64,000 nt of DNA, from NCBI GenBank assembly GCA_049322915.1, contig JBMOPW010000035.1, positions 128,001 to 192,000 on the forward strand, in the 5' to 3' direction. How positions within the stretch are numbered: position 1 is the first letter of the stretch; every line of letters starts with the position of its first letter. The notes beneath the pieces are model-generated. The model ran no database searches. It had not been told where the DNA came from and saw only the letters and a list, made by a program, of their open reading frames with translations. The stretch comes from Candidatus Zhuqueibacterota bacterium (GTDB lineage: Bacteria; Zhuqueibacterota; Zhuqueibacteria; Thermofontimicrobiales; Thermofontimicrobiaceae). Below are positions 39,566 to 48,893 of this stretch, one piece after another. The translations under genes were made by a program, and so were the position numbers.

Positions 39566-39632
39566 GGTGAAAAGTAAATTGGTGAGTTGTGAGTGGTAAA
39601 ATTGTGATTGGTGAAGGTGAACTGGTGAGCGG
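39566..39632. repeat. Degenerate short tandem repeats (TGGTGA/TTGTGA units)
   Basis: GGTGAAAAGTAAATTGGTGAGTTGTGAGTGGTAAAATTGTGATTGGTGAAGGTGAACTGGTGAG between convergent stops. Confidence 0.6.
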
Positions 39633-39977
39633 TTAGATGTAGATCAAATTGTTGACCATTTCATCTGCTGTTAACTCATTCAGGATTGATAGAATTCTTG
39701 GAAGAAGTTCGTATACGGGCCGTCTGTTTGCAATGATGATGCCAGAATGGGACCAGTTGTTTTTCAAAAAGTGAGAATGCATTTCTTCAAAATGTTTCCT
39801 ATTATGCGTCAGGATGCAGCGGCCTTGCAAGACAGCGAATGCAAGCTGTTCGGGATCGTCTTTTGCCAACATCTCAGAATCGAGCGCCGTTATCGCGTTG
39901 AACCCTCTTGCCTGGAGAATTTTCACTAACAGTACAGAAACATCTTCGTCCAAATATAACTCGATGAAAAGTTTCAA
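39633..39977 (-). CDS. DUF5615 PIN-like toxin
   Basis: LYLDEDV, DPEQLAFA...ILTHNRKHF, HSGIII; ATGA overlap with the DUF433 gene. Confidence 0.85.
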   Translation of the reverse strand: MKLFIELYLDEDVSVLLVKILQARGFNAITALDSEMLAKDDPEQLAFAVLQGRCILTHNRKHFEEMHSHFLKNNWSHSGIIIANRRPVYELLPRILSILNELTADEMVNNLIYI

Positions 39978-40267
39978 GATTGTCCCTTTAGAATCGGATG
40001 TATTTTATCTTCAGGCACATGATTCTCTTCGATGTATGTATTTATTTCATCTTGATTCTCGCTGTAGAAACCCAGCGCATCGAAAATTTGGGCGAGAGAA
40101 ATATGGGGAAGATGCACAGGAATTTCTTCCGGTTGAACGCCGGTTCGCCACAGTTCAACAATAGCGCGCACCGTTGTTTTCGTCCCGGAAATAATCGGTT
40201 CGCCTTTGCATATTTTGGGGTTTCGCGAGATGTATGGATGGATGATTTTTTTGGCGGCTTGTTCCAT
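39974..40267 (-). CDS. DUF433 antitoxin
   Basis: ISRNPKICKGEPIISGTKTTV...EEI...ISLAQIFDALGFY. Confidence 0.9.
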   Translation of the reverse strand: MEQAAKKIIHPYISRNPKICKGEPIISGTKTTVRAIVELWRTGVQPEEIPVHLPHISLAQIFDALGFYSENQDEINTYIEENHVPEDKIHPILKGQS

Positions 40268-40349
40268 TTTTCATTTTTCATTTGGATTAATTTTCACTTT
40301 GAAAATAAATTTATTATTTTAATTTTCAAAATGCAAGTTTAAATTTGAA

Positions 40350-42683
40350 ATGACTCAAATTTCACTCAAATTTTTTTTCAGGAATCCATTCGGATTTTTG
40401 ATCGGCGCCATATCGGCTATTATTCTATTTCTTGTTTTAATGTCGTTTTTGATCACATTCCCGTCCGAAAAACTCGCGCCGCCACCATCGACAATCATTC
40501 GAGACCGCGATGGGGCGATACTGCGCGTGTTTCTTTCGGACAATGACATGTGGTGCCTGCCGATCGCCTCGGCGGATATTTCACCGGCGTTGAAAAAAGC
40601 GGTATTGACTTACGAGGATCGATATTTCTACTGGCATTTTGGAGTTAACCCGGTCTCCATCCTACGCGCGGCGTTGGTGGACATACGGGCGGGACAGATC
40701 GTGCAGGGCGCTTCGACCCTTTCCATGCAGGTGGCGCGGATGATGGAGCCGAAGGAGCGGACATTCCCCAACAAACTCATCGAAATTTTCCGCGCGCTGC
40801 AATTGGAGCTTCGCTTCAGCAAAAAAGAAATTCTAACGTGCTATTTCAATCTGGCGCCATACGGCGGAAACATTGTCGGCATCGGCGCGGCCTGCCAACT
40901 GTATTTCAACAAAAGCCCGGAAAAAATCAGCCTCGGCGAAGCGGCGCTGTTGGCAGCAATTCCCAATTCTCCCAATCTGCTTCGGCCGGATTTCAATGCG
41001 GAAGCCGCGGCAAATGCCCGGAACAAGGTGCTGAATCTGCTTTTTGACCGGGGCAAAATTTCAAGCAGCGAATTGGACGAGGCGCTGTCCGAGCCGATTC
41101 CGAATCAGCGATTCGACATGCCATTTAAAATTCCCCATCTTGCGACAAAACTGGTTGAGCTTCATCCGGGGATGAAAAATTTCACCACGACCATCGACGC
41201 CGCCATTCAACTGTTAGCCGAGAATACGCTCTCCACCTTTCTGACGCCGTGGCGCAGTCGCGACATCAGCAATGGCGCCATTGTGATCATCGAAAATAGA
41301 AGCCGCGACGTGCTGGCGTTGGTCGGTTCGTACGATTTCTGGGACGCCGCCAACAGCGGCCAGGTCAACGGCGCCATGTCGCCCCGCTCGCCGGGATCGG
41401 CGCTCAAGCCGTTCGTCTATGCCCTGGGAATGGATGTGGGACTCATCACCCCGAAAAGCCTGCTGTACGATGTGCCGGTGGAGTACCGAAATTATCGCCC
41501 GGTCAATTACGACGAGACCTTCAATGGCGTTGTGTCGGTCGAAGAGGCGCTGATCCGTTCGCTCAATGTCCCGGCGGTAAATCTCTCGGCGCAGTTGGGT
41601 GAGAATGGGATCCACGCATTCCTGAACGAGGCCGGCGTCACCACGCTGCCCCGGCCCAACGACTACTACGGCCTCTCCCTCATTCTGGGCGGCTGCGAAG
41701 TGACACTATTGGAATTGACCAATCTGTACTCCGGTCTGGCCAATGGCGGCGCATTTGCCCCCTGTCGTTTGCTGAAAAGCGATGCGCCATCCACGAGCAA
41801 ATCGCTGCTGAGCGAGGGCGCCTGTTTCATCCTCTCGGAGATGCTCAGCCAGGTGCGTCGGCCGGACCTGCCCGCGTCCTGGGAATTTTCTGTGGATCTG
41901 CCGAAAATCGCCTGGAAGACCGGCACATCGTACGGTCACCGCGATGCATGGAGTATCGGCTATACGCCGGCGTTCACCGTCGGCGTCTGGGTCGGGAATT
42001 TTGATGGCACGGGCGCGCCGGAGCTCGTCGGAGCGGAAGTTGCCGCGCCCATTCTGTTTTCGCTATTCTCGGCGCTGGAAAAAACATCGCGGGGGAACTG
42101 GTTCATTCAGCCGGCCTCGGTTCAAAAACGACAGGTGTGCACCGTGAGCGGCATGCTGCTTTCGGAAAACTGCGCATCTTCCCGCGACGAATATTATCTG
42201 CCCGGCATCTCACCGATTCAACAATGCACCATTCATCAGGTGATTCTGGTCGATACAAAGACCGGTACACGATTGTGCTCCCACTGCCGGATTGGGCGGA
42301 GCTACGCGGAAAAGATTGTGGAGCAATGGCCGGCCGAGATCGCCACATGGCTGGAGCGAAGCGGCTATCCCATGACGAAGATACCGGAGCATTATCCGAA
42401 ATGCTCCCAACTACTTTCAGGACAGAAGCCCGTCATCCGCTCGCCGCTGCCTGATACGGAATACAAAATCCGGCCGGCGGTCGCCCTGAAATACCAGAAA
42501 ATCCTGCTGGATGCGTCCGTGTCCAATCGCACGCGGAAAATATTCTGGTTTGTTGACGGGAAAATGGTGTTCGCCGGCGATCCGTCGGAACGGGTATTCA
42601 TCCTGCCGGAGCGCGGTTCCCATCAGGTGATGTGCCTTGACGATGAAGGCCGCAGCACCGAGATGCAGTTCGTTGTGAAATAG
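40350..42683 (+). CDS. pbpC: Penicillin-binding protein 1C
   Basis: Transglycosylase YEDRYF and GASTLSMQ; transpeptidase SALK, SLN and KTGTS; C-terminal BiPBP_C-like FWFVDG; neighbours alpha-2-macroglobulin. Confidence 0.93.
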   Translation: MTQISLKFFFRNPFGFLIGAISAIILFLVLMSFLITFPSEKLAPPPSTIIRDRDGAILRVFLSDNDMWCLPIASADISPALKKAVLTYEDRYFYWHFGVNPVSILRAALVDIRAGQIVQGASTLSMQVARMMEPKERTFPNKLIEIFRALQLELRFSKKEILTCYFNLAPYGGNIVGIGAACQLYFNKSPEKISLGEAALLAAIPNSPNLLRPDFNAEAAANARNKVLNLLFDRGKISSSELDEALSEPIPNQRFDMPFKIPHLATKLVELHPGMKNFTTTIDAAIQLLAENTLSTFLTPWRSRDISNGAIVIIENRSRDVLALVGSYDFWDAANSGQVNGAMSPRSPGSALKPFVYALGMDVGLITPKSLLYDVPVEYRNYRPVNYDETFNGVVSVEEALIRSLNVPAVNLSAQLGENGIHAFLNEAGVTTLPRPNDYYGLSLILGGCEVTLLELTNLYSGLANGGAFAPCRLLKSDAPSTSKSLLSEGACFILSEMLSQVRRPDLPASWEFSVDLPKIAWKTGTSYGHRDAWSIGYTPAFTVGVWVGNFDGTGAPELVGAEVAAPILFSLFSALEKTSRGNWFIQPASVQKRQVCTVSGMLLSENCASSRDEYYLPGISPIQQCTIHQVILVDTKTGTRLCSHCRIGRSYAEKIVEQWPAEIATWLERSGYPMTKIPEHYPKCSQLLSGQKPVIRSPLPDTEYKIRPAVALKYQKILLDASVSNRTRKIFWFVDGKMVFAGDPSERVFILPERGSHQVMCLDDEGRSTEMQFVVK

Positions 42684-42878
42684 CTGACCGCCGTATTGCT
42701 GCAAATGGTTCAATTCCCTCATTTTTTACAACACTCATTTTCTTCCTGCCTGAGACAAACGCATTTTTACCCATTGGATTCGCGCTAAAAAAAACTGCAA
42801 AACCTGGCAACTTTTTTCCGGTTCAAAATGTCTTTATAGTAGAATTCCATGTAGCAACGAATCGACGAGGAAATTACG

Positions 42879-43229
42879 ATGAACTTTGAAAGAACAATCC
42901 AGGGCAACGTTGTTTTGCTTCCGCTGGAAGGAAAACTGATGGGGGGGACAGAGACAAAGAGCCTTTCAGACGAGCTGCAGCAGCTCGTGGCCACAGGGTA
43001 TACACGAATTGTGCTGGACTTTGAGAATGTAAAATGGATCAACAGTCCCGGCATCGGCGCGCTGATCAAATGGCTCTGCATTCTGCGCGAACACGGCGGC
43101 GATCTCCGCATCACCCACGCGGAAGGGAAAGTCAAAGACTACCTCAAAATCACCAAGCTCATGGACGTGATCAAAATTTTCGACAGCCCCCAGGATGCTG
43201 TGAACAGCTACTCGATATTTGCCTCCTGA
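42879..43229 (+). CDS. STAS-domain anti-sigma factor antagonist
   Basis: LPLEGKL.GG, IVLDFENVKWINSPGIGAL, GGDLRI, LKITKL. Confidence 0.88.
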   Translation: MNFERTIQGNVVLLPLEGKLMGGTETKSLSDELQQLVATGYTRIVLDFENVKWINSPGIGALIKWLCILREHGGDLRITHAEGKVKDYLKITKLMDVIKIFDSPQDAVNSYSIFAS

Positions 43230-43328
43230 TGTCGAGAATGGCTTACCGGTTACCCCTCCCACTGCGCTTTTCACGGATAATACGCCTCGTACAAACACGC
43301 TCCTATAATACAGCCAGACACTCCCGGC

Positions 43329-43357
43329 TTGACTTTGTCAATTTGTTTACGTATATT
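43329..43357 (+). promoter_or_regulatory. Sigma70-like promoter
   Basis: TTGACT-17 nt-TATATT. Confidence 0.6.
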
Positions 43358-43467
43358 TACTTCCTTTAAAAAATCAAATATCACACGTGCATCGAAATCA
43401 TGGGTATTGGGAGTCGGGCAAGACCATTGCCCTTCCCTATTTCACATTCAAAATCACGAGGTTATTC

Positions 43468-44484
43468 ATGAAACAGGTAGCTATCACAAAAGTTGGCGGC
43501 CCTGACGTTCTGAAAATTCGGGAGTTGCCGAATCCGGTTCCGCAGAGCAACGAAGTTCTCATTCGCGTCAAAGCCGCCGGCGTTAATTTTGCCGATATTT
43601 TAGCCAGAAAGGGAGTCTACCCGGATGCTCCCAAATTGCCCTGCGTCGTTGGGTACGAAGTGTCCGGCATAGTAGAAAACGTCGGAGAGAGCGCGGACAA
43701 ACGGCTGATTGGCAAGCCGGTGCTGGCCTTGACCCGCTTCAACGGCTACTCCGACGTGGTCACCGCCCCGGAAATTCAGGTGGTCGTCAAACCGAATTCG
43801 CTTTCGTTCGAACAGGCTGCGGCCATTCCGGTAAATTATCTCACGGCCTGGCAGTTGCTCGTCGCTATGGGCGGATTGAAGAAAGGTGAATCCATTCTCA
43901 TTCACAATGCCGGCGGCGGCGTTGGCCTGGCTGCGCTGGATATCGCCCGAAAAATTGGCGCCACTACCTTCGGCACTGCCAGTTCTCAAAAACACGACTT
44001 TCTGAAAAGTCGCGGACTGGATCATGCCATCGATTATCGGTCACAGGACTGGACCGAGGAACTCAAACGGCTCACGGACAGAAAAGGCGTCGAACTGATT
44101 ATCGATCCCATCGGCGGTTCTCATTGGAAAAAAAGCTACAAAGCGTTGCGGCATACCGGACGATTGGGGATATTCGGAATCTCGACGGTCTCCACCTCCT
44201 CGCGAAACGGCAAATTGCAGCTACTGAAAATTGTGTTTCAGACATCCAAATTCCATCCGTTCCATTTTATGAACGCCAATCGCGGCGTGTTTGGCGTCAA
44301 CATCGGTCATCTGTGGCACGAAGGTCCCAAAGTGCGCGGCTGGCTCGATGAGATCATGGCCGGAGTGGATCAGAGCTGGATTCGTCCCCATGTCGATAAA
44401 ACATTCCCACTGGAACAGGCCGGCGATGCGCATATCTACATCGAGGAGCGCCGCAACATCGGAAAAGTAATTCTTGTGCCTTAA
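43468..44484 (+). CDS. Zn-independent medium-chain dehydrogenase/reductase (VAT-1/quinone oxidoreductase-like)
   Basis: AAGVNFAD, GYEVSG, PVNYLTAW, HNAGGGVG, NIGKVIL; GAGG RBS at ATG 43468. Confidence 0.9.
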   Translation: MKQVAITKVGGPDVLKIRELPNPVPQSNEVLIRVKAAGVNFADILARKGVYPDAPKLPCVVGYEVSGIVENVGESADKRLIGKPVLALTRFNGYSDVVTAPEIQVVVKPNSLSFEQAAAIPVNYLTAWQLLVAMGGLKKGESILIHNAGGGVGLAALDIARKIGATTFGTASSQKHDFLKSRGLDHAIDYRSQDWTEELKRLTDRKGVELIIDPIGGSHWKKSYKALRHTGRLGIFGISTVSTSSRNGKLQLLKIVFQTSKFHPFHFMNANRGVFGVNIGHLWHEGPKVRGWLDEIMAGVDQSWIRPHVDKTFPLEQAGDAHIYIEERRNIGKVILVP

Positions 44485-44749
44485 GCGACGACTAACTGAA
44501 ATCTATCCATTACAATTTCTTTCAACAGAAAACCAGACACGCTCGCGCCGTGATCTGGTCTTTTATATTTCCTCAGAAACCCATCGGAATCGCCGGGTTG
44601 CTTTGTGAAATCCGGCAACGGATAACGCATTGCCCGACTGACCGCACAGCGCCGACCTTCCATTTCATCGACCTTTCCTGGTTGGCCGCCATTTTCAGAT
44701 TTGGCAATCCGGCACCTTCTGCTGATTCCGTGCGCGGCAATAACTCATC

Positions 44750-44778
44750 TTGACTTTTCCGATTAAAATGTGTAAGTT
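44750..44778 (+). promoter_or_regulatory. Sigma70-like promoter
   Basis: TTGACT-17 nt-TAAGTT. Confidence 0.45.
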
Positions 44779-44852
44779 ACAGCGACATCCGGTTTGGGCA
44801 GCATCTCTGTTTTCCTGAATTCATGAATAAAATATTTCCACGGAGTTCACTC

Positions 44853-47105
44853 ATGTCTAAACTCCTCCCTATCCTGGCATGGTACATTCTTTTATCGTTC
44901 GCCGCAGCTTCCGCCCGGACGACCCAATCGAAAATTGACAGCCTTCACTCCGCAGCGGATTCTTTGATGCAGAAAGGGGATTTGGTTCAGGCCAGACATA
45001 TTTTTGAATCCATCCTGAAACTCGACGATAATGGGCTATCGGCTCGGGCCGCGCTGGGAAAAATTGCCTATCGCCTGGAAGAATGGGGAGAGGTCAAAGA
45101 TCGCTTCGGTGAAATTCTCGACCGCGATCCTCAAAATACCGAAGCGATGTACTATCGGGCGATCTCGTACCGCGAGAGCGGGAAGTTCAAAGTGCTGCTT
45201 CAACGCAAGCTGGATTGGGATAAATCCGATCGTCTGTTCGCACTCGTCATTGAAAGGGACTCCCTGTATCACGATGTATTTCTTCAATACGCCCTGCTGC
45301 AACGATACCGCGAGCGTTATGAACAGGCGATTCTGCTCTGTCACAAACAGATGAAACTGACGCCGGCGCTCATTGAACCGCACGTGGAAATCTTTCGATT
45401 TTACCGCTACCTCATTCTGCATCGAAATGGGAAGGAATCGCTCGCGTGGCTGGAATCGCAACAGCGCGACGAAGCTGCCTACGCCATCGGTGAGAAGTTG
45501 AGACGGGACGGAAAATTGGACCAGGCCGGGCAGCAACTCCTGTCACTGCTGAACCAGCCGCTGGTCATGCCGCGACAGCCCATTTACCTGGCATTGGCGC
45601 GGATTCATTACGAAAAGAAAGCAGCGAGCGAGGCTGAAAAATATTTCCGGACTGCCGTGGACGAAATCCGCGACAAGGTCGACGCCGCACTGGTTTTCGA
45701 AGATATCAAGTATATTTTGAAGGATGAAGAGCTGTCGGAGTATAAGTCGCTCACCACTCCGAATCACTACAGAGATTTCATCCGCAAGCTTTGGGTGAGC
45801 CGCGATCCCACGCCGGCGATGCCCACTAACAATCGATTGGCGGAGCACTATCGCCGATTGCTCTATGCTGAAAAGTATTACACCTATGATGGGTTCCGAA
45901 CCTGGTTCAATAATCCGGATAAACTGAGCTATCTCGCGTTCAATGCAGTTTATAAATTGAATGAGGAATACAACGACAAGGGCTTTATTTACATCCGGCA
46001 TGGCACGCGCGACGATTGGGCAGCGACCCTCGGCGAGGACATCGCGCAGAACGAATCCTGGCTCTACTACCAGACGGAGACCACGCCGCGAATGACCTTT
46101 CACTTTTTCCTCGAAAACACGACGCAATTCTGGCGTCTCGGCCCGGTCATCATCGATCCGATGATGCTGGAAGATCGTTTCACCTGGGGCAGCATCTATT
46201 CCCGCATGGCGCGCGCAGATCCGCTGGAACGATTGGCGCTGGAAAATGAAATGGCCGAACAGAGCAAGCAGTCTGTCGCATCGGCGTTGGCCAGCGACAG
46301 GCATACATGGGAAGTGAAAATCGAGCCGCTAACCATCCCCTATTCCGGCGCTACGTTTCGGGGCGAGGATGGCAACACCTTGCTGGAGATTTACTACGGC
46401 GTTCCGCTCAACAAGTTGAATTTCAAAAACCAGACGGATGACAATCAGATCAAACTGGAAACAGGTTTTTCGCTCCACGATGGCGACTGGAACGAAGTCA
46501 GCAAACGCGAGGATGCGCTCTTTGTGCCCGCCACAAAAACGATGACATTCATTGATGTTCAGCAGATTTCGGTGACGCCGGATTCCTATGCCGTCGCGTT
46601 CCATGTCCGGCAGCCGGAAACGAATATCCTGGGCGGGTGGAAATTTAAAATCCACGCCGACGACTACGCCACAGCCGGGCTGGCCATGAGCGAAATTGAA
46701 CTCGCGCTGAATATTACGCCGGCCACGGTACCGACAAAGTTCTCGAAGCACGGGTTGAACGTCACGCCCAATCCTGCCAGTCGGTTTCCGACGGAGAAGC
46801 CGATGAATCTCTATTTTGAAATTTACGGATTGACGGTGGTTGACCAGCGCAGCGAATTTTCCATTGAATACACGCTCACGCTGTTCAAAAACACCACGCG
46901 GAAATTTTTGGGGTTATTCGGTAGAGGCGGCAAATCGTTCATCACCACAAAAATGGATCGCGAAGGGAGCGGCGAAATGTCGGTCGAATACCTGGCTATC
47001 GATACTAACCTCATGGCGGCCGGTGAGTATGAGTTGCAGGTGAAGGCGATCGATAAACGCACCGGAGAGTCAGTCGTTCGGTCAAAAAAAGTGACGCTGT
47101 TTTAA
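44853..47105 (+). CDS. Exported TPR + GWxTD-like domain protein
   Basis: Signal peptide; TPRs; W.SRDPTP....N.RLAEHYRR..YA and NDKGFIYIRHG...ESWLY; C-terminal Ig-like domains (LYFEIYGL, GEYELQV). Confidence 0.75.
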   Translation: MSKLLPILAWYILLSFAAASARTTQSKIDSLHSAADSLMQKGDLVQARHIFESILKLDDNGLSARAALGKIAYRLEEWGEVKDRFGEILDRDPQNTEAMYYRAISYRESGKFKVLLQRKLDWDKSDRLFALVIERDSLYHDVFLQYALLQRYRERYEQAILLCHKQMKLTPALIEPHVEIFRFYRYLILHRNGKESLAWLESQQRDEAAYAIGEKLRRDGKLDQAGQQLLSLLNQPLVMPRQPIYLALARIHYEKKAASEAEKYFRTAVDEIRDKVDAALVFEDIKYILKDEELSEYKSLTTPNHYRDFIRKLWVSRDPTPAMPTNNRLAEHYRRLLYAEKYYTYDGFRTWFNNPDKLSYLAFNAVYKLNEEYNDKGFIYIRHGTRDDWAATLGEDIAQNESWLYYQTETTPRMTFHFFLENTTQFWRLGPVIIDPMMLEDRFTWGSIYSRMARADPLERLALENEMAEQSKQSVASALASDRHTWEVKIEPLTIPYSGATFRGEDGNTLLEIYYGVPLNKLNFKNQTDDNQIKLETGFSLHDGDWNEVSKREDALFVPATKTMTFIDVQQISVTPDSYAVAFHVRQPETNILGGWKFKIHADDYATAGLAMSEIELALNITPATVPTKFSKHGLNVTPNPASRFPTEKPMNLYFEIYGLTVVDQRSEFSIEYTLTLFKNTTRKFLGLFGRGGKSFITTKMDREGSGEMSVEYLAIDTNLMAAGEYELQVKAIDKRTGESVVRSKKVTLF

Positions 47106-47115
47106 ATCGAGAAAA

Positions 47116-47147
47116 GCCTCCCGATGACAACTGAGCCATCGGGAGGC
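47116..47147. terminator. Bidirectional terminator between convergent genes
   Basis: GCCTCCCGATG / CATCGGGAGGC 11-bp stem, A-run before and T-rich sequence after. Confidence 0.75.
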
Positions 47148-47163
47148 CTAATTTCTTCAATGA

Positions 47164-48648
47164 CTACTTCCCCAACTCCGCCTTCAGCTTGTCTGCCGTG
47201 GCCCGCGACTTCTGCGCCCAGTCATGGGAGAATTCCGTGAGTATTTTCGCGACCTCTTCCGGATGGTATGTGTAAACTTTCCGCGCTTTGATGTCACATT
47301 TGCTCTGCTCTTTGAATCCATTCTTTTCGAATTCATTCCATTTCTTCTGAACAGCCCGAATCGCCTGGCTATAGTTATCATCCACCATGTCTGTCAACGT
47401 CACGAACGACCAAAATGCATGCAGCTGTGTTTTGTCATGGATATTCGCCGGCGGATTGAAATGCTGGTCCAGCGCAGAACGATAGTCGCCAAAGGCATAT
47501 CCTTCAGGCGTCTCGCTCATGCCAAGATACCACGGCACGAAGGCCTGCGTGTCCGGGCGATGCTGCGCCAGCCAGATCACCGCACCGACCTGCACCGGCA
47601 TCCAACTGCGAAGCTGTGCCACGAAACCGTACTGGGTGAAGCTCGCGCATATCGTCGACGGATTCAAATCGTACGGAGAGCCCAGTGTGTAGCCATTGGT
47701 TTTGTCAAGTTCAGTGCCCACGCAATGATCCCGCAGGACGCGCATTAAATCCTGAACTGTCAGCTTTTCCTTAGGCGCCAGTGAAAACGGAAACTCTGCA
47801 TCAACCGGATAATCTGTCCCTGCTGCCAGATTCACACCGCGCCACATCCGGTAGACATTGCCGGGATTGATCAAATTCTCGGGACTGGAGTATGCGCGCG
47901 CAAAGTGGAAAGCGCCGTCAGTCTCCGGCCGATACCATTGCTGCGCGATGGCATAGTCGATGAGATCCGCAGCGCCCAGATAATTCATGGTGTCCGACAA
48001 ATCCACGTGGCCGATGGTGTAATAATTGGGAAGCACGGCGACATGGTCGTCCGGCACGCGCCGGGCTACCCAGTGCGTCCCGTTCACCGCCGAAAGCATC
48101 CAGCCTTCGTTGGCATCGGCGATGACATACGTCCGACCGGACGATGCATAGCCATACCTTTTGATGAGCGCGCCTCCGATTTTCACCCCTTCCCGGGCCG
48201 TCCGCGCGCGCTCAGCGATTAACCTCCGCAGCCAGTACGCGATGCCGCCATCCTTCAGCATCGCATTCTTCTCCCGGGACGCGCAGGCATCCGATGCGAT
48301 CACCACGCCCCACTCGTTGGCATAACTATCGGAAAACTCCATGCCCGGCATTTCAAACCAGAGGTAGCTGTAGGTCACTTTCACCTGAGGGATGGCTGCC
48401 CCGGCGCCCAGGTTCACCACTTCGCCATCGGCATGTTCGAGCCGCGGCACTCTATAATAATTGACCAATTGCACACCGCCATCATCTTCGTTATGGGCAA
48501 AAAGCACGCTTCCATCGGCAGAGGCCTTCTTGCCAACCAGGATCGAAAAACAGTTAAACTCATTTTCTCCCGTCGATTGGGCCCATGCCATTCCCGCGCT
48601 GATGAGATAAAAAACAAGTGCGATACGCGCCAGTCGATTCGATTTCAT
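47164..48648 (-). CDS. Exported C69-family dipeptidase (Ntn hydrolase)
   Basis: Signal peptide, then CFSILVGKKASADGSVLFAHNED; ANEWGV; ERARTAREG; WVARRVPDD. Confidence 0.9.
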   Translation of the reverse strand: MKSNRLARIALVFYLISAGMAWAQSTGENEFNCFSILVGKKASADGSVLFAHNEDDGGVQLVNYYRVPRLEHADGEVVNLGAGAAIPQVKVTYSYLWFEMPGMEFSDSYANEWGVVIASDACASREKNAMLKDGGIAYWLRRLIAERARTAREGVKIGGALIKRYGYASSGRTYVIADANEGWMLSAVNGTHWVARRVPDDHVAVLPNYYTIGHVDLSDTMNYLGAADLIDYAIAQQWYRPETDGAFHFARAYSSPENLINPGNVYRMWRGVNLAAGTDYPVDAEFPFSLAPKEKLTVQDLMRVLRDHCVGTELDKTNGYTLGSPYDLNPSTICASFTQYGFVAQLRSWMPVQVGAVIWLAQHRPDTQAFVPWYLGMSETPEGYAFGDYRSALDQHFNPPANIHDKTQLHAFWSFVTLTDMVDDNYSQAIRAVQKKWNEFEKNGFKEQSKCDIKARKVYTYHPEEVAKILTEFSHDWAQKSRATADKLKAELGK

Positions 48649-48831
48649 TCGGTTTTCCTTTCAATTTGTTTTTGAACGGACTCGCTGCTACGATGTGCTT
48701 ACTTTACTAAAATTAAATGAAAAGGTCAATTGATTTTTTCATTTTGCAGCCTTCCCCCGGGTTTCCACGGCACATCGCCCGCTTTGCCCCATCGACTTGC
48801 CCGCGATGGAACCAACAAATATGCCCAGACT

Positions 48832-48866
48832 AAAAATCCCGAACCAGCCGCCTGATTCGGGATTTT
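48832..48866 (-). terminator. Intrinsic terminator of the pfk gene
   Basis: AAAATCCCGAA / TTCGGGATTTT stem with A/T runs. Confidence 0.7.
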
Positions 48867-48893
48867 GAAATTCAACTCGATGTGAAACGCGGA

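Noticed and set aside
44700..44725. Second sigma54 promoter (GGCA motifs) near the GWxTD gene
   Set aside because: GG-to-GC spacing is not 10 nt, and a sigma70-like promoter lies just downstream.
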